The notes under the pieces are model-generated. The model worked only from the letters and a program-made list of their open reading frames with translations. It did no database searches and was not told the origin of the DNA. Of a DNA stretch of 64,000 nucleotides, positions 17,531 through 27,681 are shown piece after piece. Each line of letters begins with the position of its first letter. Positions within the stretch are counted from its first letter, which is position 1. The stretch comes from an uncultured Clostridium sp. (GTDB lineage: Bacteria; Bacillota; Clostridia; TANB77; CAG-508), in assembly GCA_948470605.1 (NCBI GenBank), contig CAOKPI010000005.1, forward strand, positions 8,170 to 72,169. Direction: 5' to 3'. The translations under genes were made by a program, and so were the position numbers.

Positions 17531-20278
17531 ATGAAGGAATTACTAAAACAAGAAAGAGCTGTCACATTAATTGCATTAGTACTAACTATAATCATATTAA
17601 TGATATTAGTAGTAGTAAGCATAGCAACCTTAACAGGAGATAATGGAATCTTGACTAAAGCACAAGAAGCAAGAGAGGCAACAAAAAAAGCAGAAATTGA
17701 TGAGCAATTAAGATTAGCAGGGCTAAGTGCCAAAATAAAAAAAGAAGGGGGAGACATTACCATAGAGGAATATCTACAAGAATTGAGAGAAGAGAAAGTC
17801 GATTTTGTAGAAGGAGACACAGAAAAATATGGTGATTTATATGAAATATACAAAAAGGTAATCATAGTGGAAGGAAAATATATCTATGGATTAAATGAAA
17901 AAGATGGTGATGTCATATTTGAGGAAAAAGGGACAGAAAATAAAATAAAACCAACTGTAAAATCGATAGAAATAATAGAAAAGAAAGAAACTACTATCAA
18001 AGTAAAAGTAACAACACTAAGGAATGTTGGCGGAAAATTAAGATATTACATTAAAGAAGAAAATGTAGAAGAATATGACTTTATAGAGGAACAAGAAGGA
18101 GAAGAATATACTTTTAAGAATTTAGACCAAAACACAACTTACAGTAAAATCAAAGTAGAAGCCATAGCACCAAATGGAGAAACAGCCTACTTAGAAATAG
18201 AGATAAGTAATGTACCAAGCCTAGCAACAGAAGGAGCAGTAACATTAAGCTATCGTGCCAATGGACAAGCAATAGGAGCAGATACATGGACAAAAGGACC
18301 AGTTACGGTAACGGTAAAAGTGAATTCCAATATCAATATGCAAGGCTATACCTTGCAAACAGCTCAAAGTACAGGAATAGAAAGAACAGGAGAAATAGAC
18401 TGGAAAGAAACAGCAAACCAAATCTTTACCACAAAAGGGACTATCTATGCTAGACTAATCGATAAAACCAATGGTTCGAAAGGAAAAGAGTACACAAAAG
18501 CAATTGATAAGATTGATACCACAGTACCAACCATTGACATGGAGGCAACCCAAAAAAGTGTAACGGTAACAACTAATAGCATTACCATAACAGCCAGTGC
18601 AACCGATGCAGAAAGTGGAATCGCAAAGTACAGTTTTAGTAGAGATGATGGAACTAATTGGATACCAACAGAAGGTCAAACAGAAGCCCAGTATACATTT
18701 CAGAAGTTAGAACAAAATAAACCATATCATTTAAAAATCAAAGTAATAGATAAGGCAGGAAATGAGACGATATCAGAAATTATAACAAAGGCAACTGATC
18801 CTGTTCCAGGAAACGAAGTAAATATTGGATTTACTTATAGTAAGACAAATTGGACAAATGACAATATAGGTGTAACTATTACCAATAAGACAGGAAATAA
18901 TACTTATAAAATAGAATTTAAACATGGTGGTCAGGAGGTTTGGGAAGAATATACACGACCTATAAACATGGAACACAATGGTTATATTTATGCTAGATTA
19001 AAAGATAGTACTGGACAGGTAGGGGGATATGCAACAGGAAATGTATTAAACATTGATAAATTACCTCCAAATCCATTTACGCCAATTGCTACAAGTACAC
19101 ACAATAGTATCAATATTACAGCAAGTACTACTGACCAAGTAGCAACATCACAAAATGGGTGTAGTGGTGGAATTCAATACAGATTTCAATCTGGAGATGG
19201 AAGCTGGTCAGATTATCAGACAAATGAAAATTTCACATTTAATAACTTAGTAGCAGGTACCAATTATACGATAACGGTTGAAGCAAAAGATGTAGCAGGA
19301 AACACAACAACAGGGACAGTGACGATAAAAACAAAAGCTACTTATATGGTGACATATAATAATAATGGGGGGACAGGAGCACCACCAAGTCAAACAAAAA
19401 TAGAAGGAACGCATTTAACCTTAAGTGCTAAAAAACCGACTCGAGTGGGTTATGCTTTTTTGGAATGGAAGGATAGCACAGTTGCTAATGCTAATACCTA
19501 TTATCCTGGTTCTTTATATACTAAAGATTCAAATTTGAATTTATATGCTTTATGGGAGAAGGGTACCATTTATTTTAGTGCAGGTTATTCTGCTACCGTT
19601 ACCTCTCCTCAAACTGAAGAAAATACTATAAATAGTTGGAAATCTGAAATTACTGTTTCAGAGGAATCTGACATTTCTTATACAGTGACAAATCCTACTG
19701 CTACCAGTTGGTGTGCATTCTATGTTTTTGTTGATGATAAGAAAGTTGCTACTCGTGTTAATACTGGCACATATAAGGTAACTGTTCCAGCTAATTCTAA
19801 TGTGAGATTTGAAATTCACTCAACTGGTAATTCTACCACGCAGGGTAGAACTTTGACTGGTAAAATAGATTCTATTGTGGGTAGACAGTCAGGTACGACA
19901 TATACAAAGAAGATTTCTCCTATTATAACAAGTAATGGTGCTAATCTCTATGTTTATTCGCCGTCAGAAACAGTGTATAAAAGTAAGTCCGTGAGTTCAA
20001 GTTTTATTGTTCCAGAAGATTGTGATGTTCGATTTAGTGCTAAAGGTTCACATACGAGTGGTGGAAATCGACAGACATACCTTAGAGTTGATGGAGTGGA
20101 TGTAGGAAATTTGACAGGTTCTTTAACAAAAGACTATCGAACTTGCCGTATTATGAAAAATTCAAGAGTGTCGCTTCGTGTGGATGTTGGAGGTGATGTT
20201 AATAAAACAGCTGAGCAATATGGAGAAATTGAAAGCATAACTGGATTATGGTCAGGTGTGTCTTATCCTTTTAAATAA
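17531..20278 (+). CDS. Large surface protein B: same pilin-like N-terminal ~225 aa as protein A, FN3/Ig-like repeats, Listeria-Bacteroides (Flg_new-type) repeat, different C-terminal beta-rich region
   Basis: The N-terminal 225 aa is near-identical to protein A. YMVTYNNNGGTGAPPSQTKIEGTHLTLSAKKPTRVGYAFLEWKD...LYALWE is the Listeria-Bacteroides repeat signature. Confidence 0.8.
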   Translation: MKELLKQERAVTLIALVLTIIILMILVVVSIATLTGDNGILTKAQEAREATKKAEIDEQLRLAGLSAKIKKEGGDITIEEYLQELREEKVDFVEGDTEKYGDLYEIYKKVIIVEGKYIYGLNEKDGDVIFEEKGTENKIKPTVKSIEIIEKKETTIKVKVTTLRNVGGKLRYYIKEENVEEYDFIEEQEGEEYTFKNLDQNTTYSKIKVEAIAPNGETAYLEIEISNVPSLATEGAVTLSYRANGQAIGADTWTKGPVTVTVKVNSNINMQGYTLQTAQSTGIERTGEIDWKETANQIFTTKGTIYARLIDKTNGSKGKEYTKAIDKIDTTVPTIDMEATQKSVTVTTNSITITASATDAESGIAKYSFSRDDGTNWIPTEGQTEAQYTFQKLEQNKPYHLKIKVIDKAGNETISEIITKATDPVPGNEVNIGFTYSKTNWTNDNIGVTITNKTGNNTYKIEFKHGGQEVWEEYTRPINMEHNGYIYARLKDSTGQVGGYATGNVLNIDKLPPNPFTPIATSTHNSINITASTTDQVATSQNGCSGGIQYRFQSGDGSWSDYQTNENFTFNNLVAGTNYTITVEAKDVAGNTTTGTVTIKTKATYMVTYNNNGGTGAPPSQTKIEGTHLTLSAKKPTRVGYAFLEWKDSTVANANTYYPGSLYTKDSNLNLYALWEKGTIYFSAGYSATVTSPQTEENTINSWKSEITVSEESDISYTVTNPTATSWCAFYVFVDDKKVATRVNTGTYKVTVPANSNVRFEIHSTGNSTTQGRTLTGKIDSIVGRQSGTTYTKKISPIITSNGANLYVYSPSETVYKSKSVSSSFIVPEDCDVRFSAKGSHTSGGNRQTYLRVDGVDVGNLTGSLTKDYRTCRIMKNSRVSLRVDVGGDVNKTAEQYGEIESITGLWSGVSYPFK

Positions 20279-20319
20279 TTATTAGAAATGTGAGTAGTGA
20301 AATAATTTAAGCTCAAAAG

Positions 20320-20423
20320 TGATTTTGGGGACGGAGGAAAAAATCATGATGAGTGGTAAGTTTGAATAGTAACTTGCCGCTTTTTTAGTCAATCATGATT
20401 TTTTCCTCCGTCCCCAAAATCAT
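20320..20423. repeat. Family D hairpin element, copy 2. It is followed by a T-run, so it probably also acts as the terminator of protein B.
   Basis: Same sequence as copy 1, with one inner-stem substitution (ccac to ccgc) and a different first base (g at 20319 versus a at 17080) that shortens the left outer arm to 31 nt. TTTTTTT follows at 20423-20429. Confidence 0.9.
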
Positions 20424-20507
20424 TTTTTTCTAAAATTTTTTCAAAACCCTTTCAAAAAACAACAAAATAGTATAAAATAATAGAAAATTATATTATAGGA
20501 GAGGAAC

Positions 20508-22199
20508 ATGAACAAAAAATGGCAAATCTATGAAACAGATGAAAACAAAATCAAAGAAATAGAAGAAAAATACCAAATCAACAAACTATTAGCCACTATT
20601 TTGATAAACAGAAATATCACGCAAGAGGAAGAAATACGATTATTTTTAGAACCAACTAGAAAGGATTTTCACGACCCATTTTTAATCACAGACATGAAAA
20701 AAGCGGTAGAAAGAATCATCCAAGCCATCGAAAAGCAAGAAAAGATTACCATTTATGGAGATTACGATGTAGATGGCATTACCAGCATAACTGTATTAAA
20801 GAGTTTTTTAGAAGACAGAGGCATAGAGGTAGACAGCTATATTCCCAATCGATTAGAGGAAGGATATGGTTTAAATAAGGAAGCAATTGGGAAAATTGTA
20901 GAAAAGGGATGTCAATTAATGATTACTGTTGATTGTGGTATATCAGCAATAGAAGAAATTGCCTATGCCAATTCATTTGGGATAGAAACCATTGTAACAG
21001 ACCATCATGAGCCTGGGAATGAACTACCACAAGCTATTGCAGTAATTGACAATAAAAGAAAAGACAGTCAGTATCCTTTTCGAGAATTGGCAGGAGTAGG
21101 AGTTGTTTTTAAGCTAATTCAAGCCATTGGCATTACTTTAGGATTAAAAGAAGAGGAATATCTTAAATATTTGGATATTGTATGTGTGGGAACTATATCA
21201 GATATTGTCCCATTAGTCAACGAAAATAGAGTGATTGCCAAGCTAGGTTTAATGTTAATTCGTCAAACGAGAAATATCGGTTTACGTTCTATTATCAATT
21301 CTTCTGGCTATACTAAAATAGATTCCAATAGTATTTCTTTTGGGATAGCACCTAGAATTAATGCTTGTGGAAGAATGGGAAAAGCAGAAGAAGCCCTGGA
21401 GCTATTGTTATGCAAAAATATTAATTATGCCAATGAATTGACAAAAAAATTAAATGAACATAACCGAGTAAGACAGGAAACGGAGAAAAATATTTTTGAA
21501 AATGCGGTTCAGCAAATTGAAAAAGAACAGTTAGATAAAAATAATGCTATCATTGTAGGAGGAGAAAATTGGCATCATGGTGTGATTGGAATTGTATCTT
21601 CTAAAATTACAGAAATGTATTTCAAACCAAGCATTTTATTGAGTTTTGAAGAAGACGGCTTAGGAAAGGGGTCTGGAAGGAGTATACCTGGATTTGATTT
21701 ACATGATGCTTTAATGCAATGTGGAGATACGATTGAAAAGTTTGGCGGTCATAGTATGGCTGTCGGAATTACCGTACAAAAAGATAATTTCTTAAAATTT
21801 AGGGAAGCATTTGAAAAAATAGCATCGGAAGCTCATATGGATGAAATCATACCAGTGATTCAAGTAGATAGCAAAATTGATGTAAAAGATATTAACAAAG
21901 ACATGGTAGAAAGTTTAAAACAGCTAGAGCCTTTTGGAGAAGGCAATAGAATGCCAGTGTTTGTGTTTAGAAATTTGAAAATTGATTCCATTCGAGCCTT
22001 ATCAGAAGGAAAACATTTAAAATTAACATTAAAGGATAATAATACGATTATAAGTGCTATTGGATTTAATTTAGGACAGTTGTCTGAAGAGTATACGATT
22101 GGTGATAAAATCGATGTGGTTGGTGTCCTTGAGATTAATAGTTTTAATGGGGTGGATAGCTTGCAAATTAATTTAAAAGATATTATGAGGTCTTTATAA
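20508..22199 (+). CDS. recJ: Single-stranded-DNA-specific exonuclease RecJ
   Basis: DHH motifs IYGDYDVDGITS and VTDHHEP, plus the GGHSMAVG DHHA1 motif. Confidence 0.92.
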   Translation: MNKKWQIYETDENKIKEIEEKYQINKLLATILINRNITQEEEIRLFLEPTRKDFHDPFLITDMKKAVERIIQAIEKQEKITIYGDYDVDGITSITVLKSFLEDRGIEVDSYIPNRLEEGYGLNKEAIGKIVEKGCQLMITVDCGISAIEEIAYANSFGIETIVTDHHEPGNELPQAIAVIDNKRKDSQYPFRELAGVGVVFKLIQAIGITLGLKEEEYLKYLDIVCVGTISDIVPLVNENRVIAKLGLMLIRQTRNIGLRSIINSSGYTKIDSNSISFGIAPRINACGRMGKAEEALELLLCKNINYANELTKKLNEHNRVRQETEKNIFENAVQQIEKEQLDKNNAIIVGGENWHHGVIGIVSSKITEMYFKPSILLSFEEDGLGKGSGRSIPGFDLHDALMQCGDTIEKFGGHSMAVGITVQKDNFLKFREAFEKIASEAHMDEIIPVIQVDSKIDVKDINKDMVESLKQLEPFGEGNRMPVFVFRNLKIDSIRALSEGKHLKLTLKDNNTIISAIGFNLGQLSEEYTIGDKIDVVGVLEINSFNGVDSLQINLKDIMRSL

Positions 22200-22206
22200 T
22201 AAAATC

Positions 22207-22345
22207 TATTTAAATTTATTAGTATTTTTCTAAAGTGACTCCCAACTGCGGACCAACTGTAACAAAAGTAACAGTTGGTAACCTTGCTGGTCCCCACGAT
22301 TTGTCACTTTATAAAAATATAATAAATTTTAAATAAAAAAAGAAA
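22207..22345. repeat. Family F composite palindromic element, copy 1. It fills the recJ-relA intergenic region.
   Basis: AT-rich outer inverted arms plus the core aaagtgac..ccaactgt-aacaaaagt-aacagttgg..ggtcccc..gtcacttt. The reverse-complemented core matches 36222-36285. Confidence 0.7.
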
Positions 22346-22372
22346 CAAAGAATAAAATAAAAGGGAGGCTTA

Positions 22373-24571
22373 ATGGTGCAAGAGGAAAAAGAAATAACCA
22401 TACAAGATGTAATCAATAAAAGAAAACAGCATACGAAAAAAGTAGATGTAAAACTAATTAAGAAGGCATTTGATTATGCTGATAATCATCACGGAAATCA
22501 ATGTAGACAATCTGGTGAACCATATATTATCCATCCTCTTAATGTTGCCTATATTTTAGCAGATATTGGTTTAGATGATAGTACCATAAGTGCTGCCCTT
22601 TTACATGATGTGGTGGAGGATACAGAAATAACCGATCAAGAAATTAGACAAGAGTTTGGGTCAGAGATTGCAGAAATGGTAGAAGGGGTTACCAAATTAG
22701 GGAGCATGCAATTTGCCTCCATTGAAGAACGACAAGTAGAAGATTATAGAAAAATGTTTTTAGCCATGGGAAAAGATATTCGAGTCATTCTAATCAAATT
22801 AGCCGATAGGCTTCATAATATGAGAACTTTAAAATATCTAAAAAGAGATAGACAAATTGCCAATGCTAAGGAAACGATGGAATTATATACCCCTCTTGCG
22901 AATCGTTTGGGTTTGTATTCCATTAAATGGGAATTAGAGGATTTAGGTTTTAAATATTTATATCCAGAAGAATATCACGAATTAGTAGAAGGAATTAATA
23001 AAAAGAGAGAAGAGAGACTGAAATTCATTGAAAAGATTATGGATGATATTCGTGTGGAGTTAAAAAAACAAAAAATAGAAGCAGAAGTAACAGGAAGAGC
23101 AAAGCATTTATATAGTATTTATCGAAAGATGAAAAGAGATAACAAGACACTTGATCAGATATATGACTTGTTTGCTTTGCGTATTTTAGTTCATTCGATC
23201 AAAGATTGTTATGCAGCATTGGGAATTGTGCATGAGATGTATAGTCCTATGCCAGGAAGATTCAAAGATTATATTGCTGTACCTAAACCCAATATGTATC
23301 AATCCATTCATACTACTTTGTTAGGAGATAAAGGAACACCATTTGAGGTACAGATTCGTACTGGGGATATGCACCGAGTAGCTGAATATGGTATTGCGGC
23401 TCATTGGGCTTATAAGGAAGCCAATTATTTTGGCAAAAAAACATCAGTAAAAGTAGAAGAAGACAAATTAGCTTGGTTAAGAGAAACCTTAGAGTGGCAA
23501 AGAGAAATGCAAGACCCACAAGAATTTTTAACCACTTTAAAAACAGAACTGTTTGAAGATGAAGTGTATGTTTTTACGCCAAAAGGTGCCATAAAGGTTT
23601 TACCAAGAGGAGCAACACCAATCGATTTTGCTTATACCATACATGCAGAAATTGGTCATCATATGACAGGTTGTAAAATTAACAGTAAAATGATGCCAAT
23701 CGTTACCCCCTTAAAAAGTGGAGATATTGTCGAAATCATTACTTCTGATAAATCCAAAGGACCAAGTAGAGATTGGTTGAAATTTATTAAAAGTACCAGT
23801 GCTAAAAATAAAATTTTAGCTTGGTTTAAAAAAGCACAAAAGGCAGAAAACATCGAAAAGGGAAAAGATTTAATTGATAAAGAATTAAAAAGAATCGGAT
23901 TTTCTCATACTAATTTGTTCAAACCAGAATATATCGAACCAATGCTAGATAAATATAAATATAAAAATATAGATGAGATGTATGCAGCTGTTGGCTTTGG
24001 TGCCAATTCATCGGTAAAAGTAATTGCTAGAATGTTACAAGAATACCGAAAAGAACATGAAGAAGAAAATATTGAGGCTAAAATTGAAGAACTAGCAAAG
24101 GCAAGACAAAAACGTCCTAAACCATCTAATTCAGGCATTATTGTCAAAGGAATTGATAATTGCCTTGTGAAATTATCAAAATGTTGTAATCCCCTTCCAG
24201 GAGATGAAATTGTAGGTTATATCACAAAAGGAAGAGGCGTTTCTGTCCATAGAAAAGATTGTGTTAATATTGGAGAATTATTGGCAGAAGAAAACAGAAT
24301 GATTAATGTAGAATGGTATGAGGAAAATGAATCTTCTTATCAAGTGGATATCGAAGTATATTCAAATGATAGAGCAGGATTATTGATGGATATATTAAAG
24401 GAAATTGGAACAACAAAAGCAAAAATACTTGGGGTTAATACTAAAACAACGAAGGAAAGAATTGCCATTATGGAAATTACACTAGAGATTGAAAATTTAG
24501 AGGAATTAAATAAGGCACAAAGAGCAGTTAGAAAAGTAAATAGTGTTTATGAAGTGAAGAGAAAAAAATAA
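22373..24571 (+). CDS. relA: Bifunctional (p)ppGpp synthetase/hydrolase (RelA/SpoT family)
   Basis: HD domain HPLNVAYILADIGLDDSTISAALLHDVVEDT, a synthetase domain, and TGS and ACT regions. 732 aa. Confidence 0.93.
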   Translation: MVQEEKEITIQDVINKRKQHTKKVDVKLIKKAFDYADNHHGNQCRQSGEPYIIHPLNVAYILADIGLDDSTISAALLHDVVEDTEITDQEIRQEFGSEIAEMVEGVTKLGSMQFASIEERQVEDYRKMFLAMGKDIRVILIKLADRLHNMRTLKYLKRDRQIANAKETMELYTPLANRLGLYSIKWELEDLGFKYLYPEEYHELVEGINKKREERLKFIEKIMDDIRVELKKQKIEAEVTGRAKHLYSIYRKMKRDNKTLDQIYDLFALRILVHSIKDCYAALGIVHEMYSPMPGRFKDYIAVPKPNMYQSIHTTLLGDKGTPFEVQIRTGDMHRVAEYGIAAHWAYKEANYFGKKTSVKVEEDKLAWLRETLEWQREMQDPQEFLTTLKTELFEDEVYVFTPKGAIKVLPRGATPIDFAYTIHAEIGHHMTGCKINSKMMPIVTPLKSGDIVEIITSDKSKGPSRDWLKFIKSTSAKNKILAWFKKAQKAENIEKGKDLIDKELKRIGFSHTNLFKPEYIEPMLDKYKYKNIDEMYAAVGFGANSSVKVIARMLQEYRKEHEEENIEAKIEELAKARQKRPKPSNSGIIVKGIDNCLVKLSKCCNPLPGDEIVGYITKGRGVSVHRKDCVNIGELLAEENRMINVEWYEENESSYQVDIEVYSNDRAGLLMDILKEIGTTKAKILGVNTKTTKERIAIMEITLEIENLEELNKAQRAVRKVNSVYEVKRKK

Positions 24572-24572
24572 T

Positions 24573-24601
24573 GTGACAAGAGGGGCGCCCCTTTTTGTCA
24601 C
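24573..24601. repeat. Family A palindrome, copy 2
   Basis: Identical 29-mer gtgacaagaggggcgcccctttttgtcac. Confidence 0.9.
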
Positions 24602-24622
24602 ATGAAAGGAGAAAGAAATGAA

Positions 24623-25270
24623 ATGAAATTAAAGGAACTGAAGATAGATACCTGGATGGGAGATGCTACCAATTGTTATATTCTAGTAGATGAGGAATCT
24701 AAAGAAACTATGGTAATTGACCCAGCAGGAGAAGTGGGAAAAATAGAAGAACTGATTAACATTATGCAGGGCAAATTGAAATATATTTATTTAACACATT
24801 GCCATGGGGACCATATATTAGGAGTAACGGAATTGAAAAAGCAATGTGGAGGAAAGATATTAATTCATAGAGAAGATAGTGACGGATTGAATAATCCTAA
24901 TATTAACTTGACTCCTTATATTGGCGTGGGAGAGATTGAATTAGAGGCTGATTCTAGAATCGATGATGGGGATTTGATTCATTTAGGAAATATAGAGTTT
25001 AAGGTTCTTCATACACCAGGTCATACGAAGGGGAGTACCAGTCTTTATTGCGAAGAAGAGAATTGCTTGTTTTCGGGTGATACTATTTTTAGAGGTACTT
25101 GGGGAAGAACGGATTTACCTACCTCTAGTAGAGAGGATATTATGAAATCGATTGAAGATAAAATTATGGTTTTACCAGATGAAACGATTGTGTATCCAGG
25201 TCATGGCATGATGGCTATGTTAAAAGATGAAAAACCAATTTATCTCGAGTTGAAGCCTAAATTGTTTTGA
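24623..25270 (+). CDS. MBL-fold metallo-hydrolase (hydroxyacylglutathione hydrolase-like)
   Basis: THCHGDH motif, HTPGHTKGS, and a conserved Asp/His tail. Confidence 0.85.
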   Translation: MKLKELKIDTWMGDATNCYILVDEESKETMVIDPAGEVGKIEELINIMQGKLKYIYLTHCHGDHILGVTELKKQCGGKILIHREDSDGLNNPNINLTPYIGVGEIELEADSRIDDGDLIHLGNIEFKVLHTPGHTKGSTSLYCEEENCLFSGDTIFRGTWGRTDLPTSSREDIMKSIEDKIMVLPDETIVYPGHGMMAMLKDEKPIYLELKPKLF

Positions 25271-25321
25271 AAGTGTTGCAAATTGGGTGGGATAAATGTA
25301 TAAGAAGAAAGAAGTGATAAA

Positions 25322-26632
25322 ATGGATAAAACAGAACCTAGAACATTAGCAGGATTTATGGAATTATTACCAAATGAGCAAATTTTATTGGAACAAATGA
25401 AACAAACCATAGAAAATACCTATCAAAAATTTGGATTTTTGCCATTAGACACACCAGTAATAGAGTTATCAGAGGTATTATTAGCCAAAGCAGGAGGAGA
25501 AACCGAAAAGCAAATCTATCGATTTAACAAAGGGGAAACCGATTTATCTTTAAGATTTGATTTAACCGTTCCACTTTCCAAATATGTTGCTAAAAACTAT
25601 GGCAATCTTAGCTTTCCTTTTAGAAGGTACCAAATTGGAAAAGTGTATCGTGGCGAAAGAACACAAAAAGGAAGATTTCGTGAATTTTATCAATGTGACA
25701 TCGATGTCATTGGTGATGGAGAATTAGCCATTATCAATGATGCAGAGCTTCCAAGTGTTATTTATACGATATTTAAAGAATTGGGATTTGATAATTTTAC
25801 GATTTGTATTAATAATCGTAAAATATTAAATGGTTTATTTGAAAGTTTAGGGCAAAAAGAAAATGCCGTTGAGATTTTAAGAGTCATTGATAAAATTGAT
25901 AAAATAGGAAAAGAATCTGTAATAGAAGAATTAGCTAAATTAAAGGTAGAAAAAAACGAAATCGAAACCATTATGAATTTTATTGCCATAGAGGGAAGTT
26001 CGGATAAAAAAATAGAAAGTTTAGAGAATTTAGGAATCGAAAATGAAATATATGCCAAAGGAGTAGAAGAATTAAAACAAGTGGTAAAAAATATTCGATT
26101 ATTTGGCGTTCCAGATAGCAATTTTAAAGTGGATTTAACCATTGCAAGAGGATTGGATTATTATACAGGAACTGTGTACGAAACTTTTTTAAATGATTAC
26201 AGAGAGGTTGGCAGTGTGTGCTCTGGCGGAAGATATGAAAATTTAGCAGAATATTATACAGACAAAAAGCTACCAGGTGTTGGAGTTTCCATTGGCTTAA
26301 CGAGATTATTCTACAAACTAAATGAATTAAATTTAATCCAAGCAGAACAAAAGTCAGTGTCACAAGTATTGATTATACCAATGATAGAGGATTTGGAAAA
26401 ACCCATTAAATTAGCGACTGATTTGAGAAAACTGGGTGTGAATACAGAGGTATATCTAAATGATAAAAAATTGAAAGCTAAGTTTAAGTATGCCGATAAA
26501 TTGAAAATTCCTTATGTGGTTGTGATAGGAGATGATGAGATTATCACAAATACAGCTAATGTTAAGAATATGGAGACAGGAGAGGAGAAGAAGGTTAAGC
26601 TAGAGGCAAGTGAGATTTGTAAAATTATGTGA
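25322..26632 (+). CDS. hisS: Histidine--tRNA ligase
   Basis: Class II motifs FREFYQCDIDVIG and GGRYENL...PGVGVSIGLTRL, plus a C-terminal anticodon-binding domain. Confidence 0.88.
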   Translation: MDKTEPRTLAGFMELLPNEQILLEQMKQTIENTYQKFGFLPLDTPVIELSEVLLAKAGGETEKQIYRFNKGETDLSLRFDLTVPLSKYVAKNYGNLSFPFRRYQIGKVYRGERTQKGRFREFYQCDIDVIGDGELAIINDAELPSVIYTIFKELGFDNFTICINNRKILNGLFESLGQKENAVEILRVIDKIDKIGKESVIEELAKLKVEKNEIETIMNFIAIEGSSDKKIESLENLGIENEIYAKGVEELKQVVKNIRLFGVPDSNFKVDLTIARGLDYYTGTVYETFLNDYREVGSVCSGGRYENLAEYYTDKKLPGVGVSIGLTRLFYKLNELNLIQAEQKSVSQVLIIPMIEDLEKPIKLATDLRKLGVNTEVYLNDKKLKAKFKYADKLKIPYVVVIGDDEIITNTANVKNMETGEEKKVKLEASEICKIM

Positions 26633-26653
26633 AATATAGTAGTAAGACCAACG

Positions 26654-26682
26654 AACCAGCGGAAGTTCTTTCCCCGCTGGTT
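26654..26682 (+). terminator. Hairpin after hisS (aaccagcgg / ccgctggtt)
   Basis: 9-bp GC-rich stem followed by a T-rich tract. Confidence 0.55.
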
Positions 26683-26710
26683 TGTTCCTTTCTATCGTTT
26701 TATCATAAAC

Positions 26711-26748
26711 GTCCCCACTTACTCCCGGAACCAGTGGGGACATTTTTT
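26711..26748. terminator. Bidirectional hairpin terminator (gtccccact / agtggggac) between hisS and the convergent Crp/Fnr gene
   Basis: 9-bp stem followed by ATTTTTTA on the plus strand. An A-run precedes it, giving a T-run on the minus strand. Confidence 0.65.
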
Positions 26749-27379
26749 ATTTATAAAGCAAAGTAATTTTATTACCATTCTTTTCGATAAAACCCTCTTC
26801 TTTCAAAAGCTTTAATTCTCGCATCATAGCACTTCTGTCAACACTTAGATAATCAGCCAAATCGGTCAAAGAAAAAGGCAGAGAAAAAGATTTACTTAAA
26901 TTTCTAGTAGACAACATCGTAAAATAGCCAATCAATTTATCACGAATCGACCTTTTGGTAAGTAATTCAATTCTCATATTTAAATCGGTAACTTTACTCA
27001 AAATTAATTCTGGCAAGTCTTCTGCTAGTTCTTGATGGAATTTACAAGTATTTCTACATTTTGTGTGAATATCATTATAACCATAGAAAAGTACCTCGCA
27101 TTTTTCGCGAGCTTCTACCAGTAACTCATTATTAGTCGTAATGGTATAAAACACTTCTCCAAAAACATCATTTTTAGAAAAATGTTCTACAATGGTTCTG
27201 TTACCATTTAAGTCATAACGTACTAAATCTGCATTTCCACTTGTTAAAATGCAAAATTGATTTCTTTTTTTGATATAACTAGTAATGACCTCATTTTTGG
27301 AAAAAGCCTTTTTTTGTACCCTGTGGCAACTTTTTTCAAATTTGTCAATTAGTTCTTCTATACTAAAATTAATGTCCAT
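26747..27379 (-). CDS. Crp/Fnr family transcriptional regulator
   Basis: cNMP-binding-like N-terminal domain and a C-terminal HTH, LTDLADYLSVDRSAMMRELKLLKEEGFI. Confidence 0.8.
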   Translation of the reverse strand: MDINFSIEELIDKFEKSCHRVQKKAFSKNEVITSYIKKRNQFCILTSGNADLVRYDLNGNRTIVEHFSKNDVFGEVFYTITTNNELLVEAREKCEVLFYGYNDIHTKCRNTCKFHQELAEDLPELILSKVTDLNMRIELLTKRSIRDKLIGYFTMLSTRNLSKSFSLPFSLTDLADYLSVDRSAMMRELKLLKEEGFIEKNGNKITLLYK

Positions 27380-27445
27380 TTTATTTTCTCCTTGTCTTGA
27401 TTATAGCAAAAAAACGTTGCAAATGCAACTGATTTTCCAAACGAT

Positions 27446-27472
27446 GGGACATGGGGACGTAGATAATGTCCC
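27446..27472. repeat. Family B hairpin GGGACATGGGGACGTAGATAATGTCCC, copy 1
   Basis: 7-bp stem gggacat/atgtccc. Repeated inverted at 27655-27681 and direct at 34253-34281. Confidence 0.88.
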
Positions 27473-27497
27473 TATGATAAATAATGACATCAACCAA

Positions 27498-27630
27498 TGT
27501 GTTATCTATTATTTTTTTACACCTTGTGTGTCGCAACCTCCTGAATTTTAAAATAGATGGTTGCTCCAATCGCACTCGCTTCCGCTCGTTTAGTCGCTTA
27601 CGCGGTGTTGCAAAAATAATAGATAACACA
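27498..27630. repeat. Family C element, copy 1 (133 bp, ~25-bp imperfect terminal inverted repeats, relatively GC-rich core)
   Basis: Arms are tgtgttatctattatttttttacacc ... ggtgttgcaaaaataatagataacaca. The core is homologous in the opposite orientation to 44971-45171. Confidence 0.8.
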
Positions 27631-27654
27631 TTAGTTAGAAATTTTGAGTATACA

Positions 27655-27681
27655 GGGACATTATCTACGTCCCCATGTCCC
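27655..27681. repeat. Family B hairpin, copy 2 (inverted)
   Basis: gggacattatctacgtccccatgtccc is the reverse complement of copy 1. Confidence 0.88.
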
